The position numbers and the translations under genes are program-made. From Marsupella aquatica (lineage: Eukaryota; Plantae; Marchantiophyta), in contig OZ316895.1 of the NCBI GenBank assembly GCA_973895155.1, positions 5,600,687 through 5,664,686 of the forward strand: a stretch of DNA of 64,000 nucleotides, given 5' to 3'. A model generated the notes under the pieces. The model did not search any database. It was not told where the DNA came from and was given only the letters and a program-made list of their open reading frames with translations. Positions 12,354 to 22,124 of this stretch are shown one piece after another (the first letter of the stretch is position 1; each line of letters starts with the position of its first letter).

Positions 12354-13786
12354 AAGAACAGTTTTCATTTGAAGTATATTTTGATGGATGAGTTTGGCTG
12401 CTGAGGTGAGACAATCATGAATGTTGATCCGAAAGTCACCACTGTAAGCCCGCCCTGGAATTCTTTCATTGTGGAGAACAAATCGCGTTTCGTCTGAATA
12501 CCTATGCAGGTATTTCTTTATCACCTTGAAAGTAAATATGCTGTAACGAAATGTGTTGTACAGAACAGTTGTATTGCCAAATTCTCTGGGGTCTTCTATG
12601 TCATGCTGAGCAATGCGTAGGCGACGAGAAATAGAAATTCTGGATTAATAGCAGGAACACCATTTGAGTTGGTTAGCTTGAACAGAAGAACTCTGTAAAG
12701 GCCACGTAATGCACGGAGCAGTCGTGAGGCTAAATTTTCGAGGGCATTGTTCTCTTATGCTGAGTCGAAGTGTAGGTGATCAAGTGAGGAAAGTCTGGCA
12801 TGAAAGTAATTACATATGAATCCGTGAGGCTAGAAGTGTACCTTTTTGGTCCTGCTATGAACGCATTCAACTGTTAAGCTTTCTAGCGCTCGATTTCTGC
12901 CCTCTAAACAGAGTATAGTTTCTCCTGAATGTCTGCGAACATGTGACCTTAGTGTTCTCTAGTGTTGCCATATTTTCGAGTCAGAAGACCGGTTATCACG
13001 TGTTTATCGGGTAGCTTTGACTGCAATGATACAATAATATGTCGTGCCCACAACATGTACAGCGTCTATGTTAAGAAAATTCTATCAGTTTTTTCCTTTC
13101 CACTAATTTTTGACAATTGCTCGTCTCAATTGCTAGTTGAAGGACTGTTCTTTTGTTGAATACGCAGACATGAAACGTGGAAAGGTTTCCTTTGAGGGTT
13201 GGGTGCCCAGATTTAGCAGATTCTACACTAGTGATTCATTCGAGTTGTAACTCTCACTACATCATCCAGTAGCCATCGCCTACAGTTCAATCTCAACAAA
13301 ATGAGTCCCAGACACTTACACAATCTCAAACTTAACACTGAAGGAAAGCAGTCTCGGAAAACACTCACATAATGAGCACTAGTAAAATGGAACTCCTGGG
13401 AATAAATAAGGTGGGGAGATGAGGCTCTTCATGCAATGACAAAAAGGTCCACATGGGGAACACACAAACTCCAATTTCTCCCCACCGGTGCCGGCGGTAC
13501 ATTTGGGTCAAGTTGCAACAGGGAGGGTAATGGGGAGAGAAACGAAAAGGGGTGAAAGGTGGAAGGGAAGAGTTTTTCAGGGACCCTTGAACTCTATCAA
13601 CCTGAGCTTTGGTTAACTCAATACAACTCGGATGTGTTCTTTGAACTGTAGTTAGATAAATGAATGACAAAAGGACAAAAGCGTGTCTCCCAATAAATTT
13701 ATGCACCCAAATACATTGGTTTGAAAAATTGCATTGGTAGAAAACGGTTCAATCATAGAATGTCCACTTGAGGGAATTTGGCGTAC

Positions 13787-14534
13787 GAGCATCTCCAACC
13801 CTATCTGGTTTTGTCATTGTAGTGGGGCGTTACCATGTAACAGGGTGTTTACCAAATCCTATAAAGAAAATCCTGACCAAAATTCAGGTCCAACTCACTC
13901 ATTCGAAGCCATTGGATTTTCAGGAAATGGGGGTGCTGTGTAGTTAGTGTATAATATTAAACTCTCAAACCTATCACAAATTGGTTTAGAGATTAGTCAG
14001 CCAATAGCAAAATTGCACAACCAATATGAAGTGATGCTTGTTATTAGGGTAAGACCCATGATAGCCATTGATTGGGTGCTTGATGAGCTGCAGGGGGTTA
14101 GTGGGGACATCCCCTTCGACATGTGAAGGGTGTCAATGGGGATGTCCCACCCATGAGCAAACACCACTGCTCCCCACACTGCTTCAAAGGGTGAACCGTT
14201 GCAAAGTAACCTAAGGCCAAGTTCAAATGCTGGTCCCTGTTCATGGAGAAGCAGACCCAATTCAACCCAATCAAATCAATCAGAGCAAAGGCCTGGCAGA
14301 GAGGTGGACAGTGGTAAAATTGTAGAAAGAGGGCCTCACCTTTCATCATACAATACCTGACTTTCAAGATTCAATCAATGATAGTTGGATGTGGATACCT
14401 TTTGTTTAGGGAAACTACCCCATTAGGATTGGGGCTGCTTTTCAGTTGGTCATGATAGCTAGGTGCTGTGAATTAAAAAGGGATGTTGTCAGAATATACC
14501 CACTAGGCAGAATCCCATTGGGTTGGAGATGCTC
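13787..14534. mobile_element. PIF/Harbinger (Tourist-like) MITE, 748 bp
   Basis: TIR GAGCATCTCCAACCC / GGGTTGGAGATGCTC, a typical Tourist terminus; central palindrome 14101-14150; no clean TAA/TTA TSD. Confidence 0.75.
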
Positions 14535-14789
14535 GAAGGTCTTTCTTCATAGATAAATTATTTGATTCCAATTTCTTTTTTTACAAAGTTTTCAATCGAC
14601 CCATCCACACTTTCATTTTATGCAACTTTTGCAAACAGTGTCTTACAAAAATGACGAAAATCCATAAATTTATTTAACTATGTTAAAGCGGTGCTCATAC
14701 TGCAATGTGCTGTCCTCTTTAAATATGGACTTTACAGAAGTGTACTCTGATTTTCTGTGCGGTAGGGCCAGGAGAGCAGGACATTTGTG

Positions 14790-15336
14790 CTCCGCTTGTG
14801 TATTTTTGTGTGCGTAGAATGGAGAGAGGGCGTGCAGGAGAGGAGAAGAGATAGTCGGGTCATATCAATTGCTTGAGGTTACTTAGTGGAGGTGCGGTGC
14901 AGGAGAGTGTGTTGCTGCTGGTGCTTCCATTGACACGGAGAAGAAAAGGAGTTGATTCAGTCAGATGGAGGGTTCTGCCAGATCAAGAGTGGTGGAACAC
15001 ATGGATTGGCAATCAAGAGCTTGTTTGGGACAGTGAAGATGTTGCGGAGTTCAACATACAGGGGAGGTCCTTGTTTTGGTTCCTGAAACACAAGTGTTCC
15101 CCCTATTATAGAGCTTTATCAGGCTTTTCAATTCAGTGCCCAATATGGTTTAGTTTGCTGCTCAATCAGGCTTCAGTTTTTTATGGATTAATTATTAGGC
15201 TTTCTGGCTGGCTGGCCTTCTTGGATTTCTTATTATTTTCTCCCTTTTATCGGGTTTATCATTATCCTCTCTCCCCTTTTGGCTCTTTTTGTCCTCTTGC
15301 AGTGTGATATATATGTTTAATTACAAAAAGGAAAAT
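14790..15336 (+). mobile_element. Probable 5'-truncated non-LTR retroelement 3' end
   Basis: T-rich 3'UTR-like tract ending TTGCAGTGTGATATATATGTTTAATTACAAAAAGGAAAA; terminal motif shared with 9063-9095 and 25944-26240. Left boundary is approximate. Confidence 0.4.
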
Positions 15337-16320
15337 TTTCCTGTAACATTTTTCATGAATATTAAGCCCGGACAAACCCCTTGGTCATGATGGATTCCAA
15401 AGTTGGGATGGACTGACGCAGAACATACAAAATTCTCAGATAACACTCCTCACAGTTTTGACTGAAATGTGACCTATAAACAAGGTCTGTTTACTCGGCT
15501 GTAAGTTGCTGCTCATGCACAAAGTACTCAGGGCTTCTTTCACAAAAGTGAATAGTCCTTCCCCAAAGTGGTAAGTTGCTTGTGCCCAACTACCCAGAGG
15601 GTTCCTCACAAAAGTGAAACATCCATTGGCATTGAGTTATAATTAATGTTTGATAATTTTTGCACTCATTGGCAATGGAGCAAATGATTTCAAAAAATCA
15701 AAAACGTTTTCAAGTCATAGATTGAAAGTCAGAGGAATGTTGGGAAAATTGAGCCTAAACATAGATCTAAACTTTGTCCAAATAAATTCACAAGTTTGCC
15801 AAAAACTAAATTTTTACAGTTGATGCGGGCATCTGGGGAAAACTACTGGGGGCCATCTAAAGTGAAGAGTTCATCCACAAGGAACCAGTGGTGTGAATAG
15901 AATATAAAGTGAGACAGCACGACGTTACCCATGCCATAGGATGGGCAAAACAAAGCCCTGATCCATCCGGGGTTAATTCTCCATTTTGCGTACTACGAAA
16001 GTTCCAATTTTTGCTAAAAACAATACGAAAATACCACTCAGAGTCTATGAAGGTAAATTCTTATATATGATTGCAACTATAGCACAGGCCACAAGGTTAT
16101 AAATACCGTGTGGAAAAGAGAGGAACTATTTTCTAATACGAATTACCGTACCAAATCGCAAACTTCGTGCCTAATGCAGATCGTGCGATCGAAGACGCCG
16201 ATAAACGACAAGATCTTTTCCAGTAAAAGACAGTTTGAAGAATATGGGAACGTTAAATAATTTATTTCGTAATCAATTCTTAATTGCACTACTGTAGCTT
16301 TAAACAAATAATCAGTGGGG

Positions 16321-16390
16321 ACTGTCGTGTGGGGAATCGAACCCCCAACCACGCGTTCAGGGAACGGCGCTCGGACAGTAAGTTGACAGC
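16321..16390 (-). other. tRNA-derived relic or SINE head (B-box intact, A-box degenerate)
   Basis: Minus strand GAGCGCCGTTCCCTGAACGCGTGGTTGGGGGTTCGATTCCCCAC contains a T-arm with GGTTCGATTCC; D-arm and acceptor stem are not canonical. Confidence 0.35.
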
Positions 16391-16511
16391 GTGTCTGATT
16401 ATTCTTGTACAGTGTGTAAAGTAATGAGCAGCCGAACGAGTTGAAGTCTGTCGTAAGTTGACCGTCGGGAATCGGGATGTAACACGCGCCGTAAACTTAC
16501 ATTATTTACAA

Positions 16512-17006
16512 CAGCTTTTTACTAACCTATCCCCCTAACTAGACGAAATTCCTATCCTGTCCCCCAAACAGTTTTATTTGTCAGCTTGCCCCCCTTTCCG
16601 TATACGGGGGTTACTTTTAACTCATCATCGGGTTCCCGCTGCCACATGTCAAGTCGCGAGTCCACGTCGCTAACCAGCCCGGATCCCCCTTTCCCCCCTC
16701 CCCTGCCCCATCGCGGGCTATCGCTTTGGTCCTGGGAGCTTTGTTTTTGGGCAGGACCCCTCTCAGGTGCAGCCCTGCAAAGGGGAAACTGCGACCCGGG
16801 AGCAGGAGCCCCGATGGCCCGATTGCTTCCCTCTCAAACCCCCTCCCGTTTTGCCTGGCCCTCCACATCTCTCGAAAGGAGCTCACATTTTTCACCAGGG
16901 CAATTGTTTTTGTTCACGACAAAGGCTCGCAAATGTTTACACATGTGCCCCGGCCCTGCATTGCACTCTCGAAGTTGAGGCTGCACACAAAGAATCAGTG
17001 TTTTGC
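16512..17006 (+). repeat. Left TIR
   Basis: Reverse complement of 18504-18996 with about 24 substitutions and one 2-bp indel. Confidence 0.95.
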
Positions 17007-17292
17007 ACAGGAAAGACCGTGGTGAACCTGGCGCGCATGATTGATTGCTGACTGATGGCATCAAAGTCTGTTTTGTGCTGCATGTTCTGCCCACGTTTCT
17101 AAGCAGCGTTTTTTGCCCTCGTCTTTTGCCCCAATCTTTTTTGCCTCGTTCTACGCAGCATTTTGGAGCTAGCCGGCCTTGCAGCACACATAGGTGGAGC
17201 ACGGTGAGCTTCACTTTCGATCAAGAGTCTAGTTTCTAAGCTCATTCCTGAGCACCTGTCACAGTCTGCGACCAAGGAGGGTAAGACCGGCC

Positions 17293-17901
17293 ATGGCAAT
17301 GTGGACCATTGTTGTTAAGGCAATTGTAGTATGCATTTGGCTGGCATTTGCACTACTTACCTCAATCTTCGGGTTCATTGCAAAGGTACTGGACACTGCT
17401 ACAGAGTATCTAAACGGTTGTGTGAAGAGTTTTGATTACATAGCTGTAGCAATCCACGACACTGCACCTTCTGCACCTGAACTCCCTCAAGAAATTATGA
17501 GTCACCTCGAGAAGGGAGAAGTGGAAAAAGAAGTGGAGAGCTTTGACAGGATGAAGTTAGAGGTTCAAGAAGCATTACCAGTGCCTTCCACAACAATAGC
17601 AGCAGCTTGCTTTGGAGATATTCCAGAGCTTAGGACAATTTCAGCACCGATGGGCCCTGTGATCCCGGTTGAGTATGTGAATGGCCCAACAACAGCATGG
17701 AAATTCGGGCAAAAGCGGAAATTCTATGCTGTCGTTCGTGGATTTCAACCTAGGATTTATGAGACATGGGATGAATGTAATCAGCAAGTGTGGAGATTTA
17801 GTGATTGCAAGTTCAAATCTTTTAAGACTAGGGCGGAGGCAGTAGAGTACATGCACAATGGTTTACGTACACGAGGTACTCGGGGAATGCCCCATAAGTA
17901 G
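17293..17901 (+). CDS. 202-aa cargo ORF: hydrophobic N-terminus plus C-terminal RNase H1 N-terminal hybrid-binding / caulimovirus viroplasmin (Cauli_VI) domain
   Basis: KFYAVVRGFQPRIYETWDECNQQVWRFSDCKFKSFKTRAEAVEYM fits the consensus K(F/Y)YAVxxGRxPGIYxxWxECxxQVxGFxGxxYKSFxTxxEAxxF; ATG in GCCATGG context; no RNase H catalytic domain. Expression is not shown. Confidence 0.75.
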   Translation: MAMWTIVVKAIVVCIWLAFALLTSIFGFIAKVLDTATEYLNGCVKSFDYIAVAIHDTAPSAPELPQEIMSHLEKGEVEKEVESFDRMKLEVQEALPVPSTTIAAACFGDIPELRTISAPMGPVIPVEYVNGPTTAWKFGQKRKFYAVVRGFQPRIYETWDECNQQVWRFSDCKFKSFKTRAEAVEYMHNGLRTRGTRGMPHK

Positions 17902-18503
17902 GATGTACAATCTTCTCAATTCCCAGGCAACTGTAAGCTTTGGTGCAGATTGAAGTTACATAAAGAGATTTTCTACTCAAATGTCTTTTGTGTCACTCTA
18001 TATTACACTCAAATTCAGCAATGCAATATAATCCCAGTCTGTTTCATTTCAAATGAAGTGTCCAAATATATTGCAAGGACTCCATTACAAAAACGCTGTT
18101 ACAAAAAAGCCTTTATACAGGCTATATTGCTCTGTTTCCCCAAAGAAATTGGATTGCTACCACAGGCAAATGTTGAATTCAATAAATGTTCTTGAAGAAA
18201 TACTGCTCCAGTGGTCAGCATTGCCGTTGCGTCGCCTCTAAGCTGCAATCGATCATGGGCGGAGCTGCACAAATACTGCCAAGCATCGAGAGCCAAGTCT
18301 GTCACTGGAACTGGAAGTTGAAAGGCAAAGGAGAATGTTTTGTGAGCACAAACGTAAGCGCTTCCTTGGAAAAATGTCGGTCCTTCCTGTGCAAACATCG
18401 ACTGGAATTTTTGATGGGCTAAAACATGTCCGGGGGTTTGTGAAGGGGAACTCGAACATAAGCTCCTGAGTGTGCAAAAATGTCGAGAGTTGTTGAGGCT
18501 GAG

Positions 18504-18996
18504 GCAAAACACTGATTCTTTGTGTGCCGCCTCAACTTCGAGTGTGCAATGCAGGGCCGGGGCACATGTGTAAACATTCGCGAGCCTTTGTCGTGAACAA
18601 AAACAATCGCCCTGGTGAAAAATGTGAGCTCCTTTCGAGAGGTGTGGAGGGCCAGGCAACATGGGTGGGGGTTTGAGAGGGAAGCGATCGGGCCATCGGG
18701 GCTCCCGCTCCCAGGTCGCAGTTTCCCCTTTGCAGTGCTGCACCTAAGAGGGGTCCTGCCCAAAAACAAAGCTCCCGGGACCAAAGCGATAGCCCACGAC
18801 GGGGCAGGGGAGGGGGGAAAGGGAGATCCGGGCTGGTTAGTGACGTGGAATCATGACTTGACATGTGGCAGCGGGAACCCGATGATGAGTTAAAAGTAAC
18901 CCGTATACGGAAAGGGGGGCAAGCTGACAAATAAAACTGTTTGGGGGACAGGATAGGAATTTCGCCTAGTTAGGGGGATGGGATAGTAAAAAGCTG
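18504..18996 (-). repeat. Right TIR
   Basis: See left TIR. Confidence 0.95.
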
Positions 18997-19194
18997 TTAT
19001 TTACAATTCTGTTCTTGCACATTTGACAGCATCACATCTCCCACGCCTAACTCTCCCCAAGCTCTTGAATCTTGATACATTTATTAGAGTTATTCCATGT
19101 TTAACCTGATGGGCAAGTTGAGTGCTTACTGAGCACGTAAAACAATCAAATGACGATCCAAAAACGTACAATTTGATGCATATTCTGTCTGATT

Positions 19195-19500
19195 CCCCCG
19201 AACCCCCCGACCCTGGACTCCCTCAAACCCCAGTCCGGCCCACCCGACCTCGGCGAGGACTTCCCCGGACCCCGACCCCAGCCCAACCAAACCCGGCCCG
19301 GAACTTCCCCGGACCCCACCCGGACTCCCCTGGACTCCCCGTACCCCGCCCGGACCCCACCAGGACTCCCCCGAACTCTACCCAGACCCCCCCCGGACCC
19401 TGCCCAGACCCCGCCCGGACTCCCCCAAACCCCCCGGGACCCTGCCCGGACCGTTTTAACACCTGGCCCGACCCTACCACCCGGACCCAAACCCGACTTC
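19195..19500. repeat. C-rich degenerate array of CCCGGACCC-like units
   Basis: Many CCCGGAC/CCCGACC/CCCGAAC units with strong C/G strand asymmetry. Confidence 0.85.
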
Positions 19501-22124
19501 GGGAGACCGGGATCGGAATGATGGATTGTCGGCCTCCAGCACCCAGTTTGACAGGCAAGGTCAAACCGGGGAGTTACTAGCCTGATTGCCCTCTTGAACC
19601 CAAATAGAGGTGATGGCAAAACATACATTGTGAAAAAAAATTAATTCCTTAATATTTCTCACTCATCTAGTCATCTGTGCCGTGCTTCTCTTTGCACCCT
19701 CATTAGGATGTGATGTCCTGAGAGTGGTGGTCTACCCCTATCCCTGTACTTTGTCTGAGTTTTCACTTTTATTTATGTGGTTAGGGTCATGATGTAGAGA
19801 TTTCACTCAGACAATAGGCCCAGACAGTAACTTTAGATTAATCTTATATACTTCAAGATGCGCAAATGAATTGGATGGAGACTAGTGACAACAGCCCAAA
19901 ATTTGATCAAAAGTAAAATTGAGGGCAAGTTAACAAGGTCCTTGCTAGCAGCGTGAAGCAACTCTTGATTAGGAAGTTTTCTTAATTGAAACTCTTGGTG
20001 ACTTAAGGTGAAGCTCCCTCTGAGAGCGTTCTTGCAGTTTGAGCCTATATTCTAATGTGAGTTGTTGAAGCTAGGTTTCAATGTGATCTCACCCTCAATT
20101 AGAGTGAAAATAATGGTCGACTTATGCGGGATATACCACATCACGAAAAACTCTATTTAGGGGTTGTCAATTCTTCTTCTTCCTCTTTTCCTGGACAAAG
20201 GAAATGGGTTCAAAAATGAATTGAGACGATCACCCCTGAGTTACTTCCAGTGACTTAACTATGGTCAAATGTATGGTCTCACCTGACCTGACATCCCCTC
20301 GCTTTCGGGACCCGTGCCCACTGCTTCGTGGGCAGTGCTAATATGATCATGTACTTTACTCCAATATTGGGAGGCACGTCGAACGGATCTTATTATTAAA
20401 TTGACTACCACTCGCTTGAGTCTCTCAGTACGTAGAGTTAGGGCCCACCTCCATCGCTAATGGTTTGTTTCGCTGGGCAGTGGGGAATCTTGAGCAACAG
20501 AATGATGAGTTAAGGTTGGCACGGGGCTCTCCTTCTCAGGAATCTCAGGTACTGTGTAATCTTCTTCTTTGCAGCTGAGAGGAAGTACAGTATATTCTGA
20601 GCTGCCATAATAATAATGAATGGTTTCTCACTTGGGCACTGGAGAGTAACCAATCTTGAGTAGGAGATGATTTTGTACAGTGCTCTACTTCTCCGGCGAG
20701 CGAACTGAGGCTTCTGAATTTCTGAGCTACAAGAAGGTATCCAAAGGTGGGTTGGTGAGGACCAATCAGACATGAGTTGTAGGCACCAAGCTGGGGTCCG
20801 CTCGAGGGTCTGACTGATTGCTTATATGTTTGGTGGAACTAACGTGAAAATGTAAGAAGTGCACATGCAAAATTACCAAGTTGTCGGTCAAAATCGAGTA
20901 GTTTATGATATGAAATTGCTGACCTAGAAGTCAGTCAGAAGTCAGCTGAAAAGCTCACCTGCTAGACTGGGTTTGGAAGGAGCGAACAATAGGTTGGAAG
21001 GAGCTCGCTTGTTTCGCTGACAAACCTGTAGGTACTGTGGTAGATATTCTTTCACAACATTTCTAACATATTTTAAGCTTTAAAAACTGACTTTCGTTGT
21101 GAACCGTACCAGTAGGTACTTATTCCTCTTCTGTATTAACCTAGGTGAAGACAAATGTGAAAAGAGCCAACCTGGTAGAAAAAGGTGTCTCTAAGTTGAG
21201 TACATATGATACAGTCGTCTAAAGATTGAGGGGAGGTATGAAAAGTCGTACAAAGCTTGAAATTCAGGTGGCATAGGTGGTATGGTACAGAGGATTGGAA
21301 TCGACGATCCTTAAGCAACTATTCGTCAGGGAAACAAGGTACCCAGAAGGCGCTCCTTCAAATGTAGTACAACAGGGTGGTGGCCCTGCATTTTCGACAT
21401 AATTACCACAGTGTAATTTACAACTGGCTCGGCGAGCCTTCAAAGAGGACTCTCTACTCTAACCACAAGTTTGCGTACATTACACAATCCTTAATATGGC
21501 CCTCAATGCCTCAATCGGAGCCTCAATCAACGATAGCACCCTTGTTTGATCCCCGAAGAATTAGAAGAAAAAGTCCTGCAACCCTCCTGATTGAGGACAA
21601 AGCACATGTCTCCTTCATGTTTAGCTCGGTTTCAAGCCAGGGAAGCTAGTATGGCAGTGATGTATTCAGCAGAGTGCGTGCACTCCATGTTTTCTTCGCA
21701 ATCGGTCGTCAGGAGTTATATGCTGCAACACGAATGATGAACTCCTGTCGGCTGTAACTGATTCCAATTGTCTACGAGATAAATCACATTGATCTGAAGA
21801 TTGTTTAGAAACGAAAGGGAGAGAGAGATGCTCTCACCCATGTCCTGGATAACCCTACTGTTTGTCACTTCCTGGCATTAGGAGCATTGCATTGCCATAG
21901 AACGTCCTCCAAAGAAAAGGAAGACCAAAACTGGATCTCAGGGATTATCCATGCCTAAGATTCATTTGTACTTGGCAAAGCTATGATGATGTTCGCAAAA
22001 TCTGTGATCTCTCAGTTTCCAACGGAAGAGTTGTATGCCAACACCCTTGTCTGATGGCTCTCCCTCCCTGCTACCATCTGGGTCACTGGGTCACTGGATT
22101 CAAGTCAAAGTGAAGAAATACATG

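Larger units (their letters stand above)
16512..18996. mobile_element. Non-autonomous Mutator-like (Pack-MULE-type) element with ~495-bp TIRs and 10-bp TSD
   Basis: TSD TTATTTACAA at 16502-16511 and 18997-19006; termini CAGCTTTTTACT / AGTAAAAAGCTG; TIRs about 95% identical by manual alignment; no transposase in the 1.5-kb interior. Confidence 0.9.

Noticed and set aside
16586-17051. Overlapping ORFs in the left TIR mirrored at 18419-18930
   Set aside because: Explained by GC-rich inverted repeats; non-ATG starts and no domain.
19122-19628. Pro-rich and Gly-rich ORFs on both strands
   Set aside because: Translation artefacts of the C-rich repeat.
20315-20342. Hairpin TGCCCAC...GTGGGCA followed by CTAA as a Helitron 3' end
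   Set aside because: Only 3 nt between hairpin and CTRR, and no other Helitron evidence.
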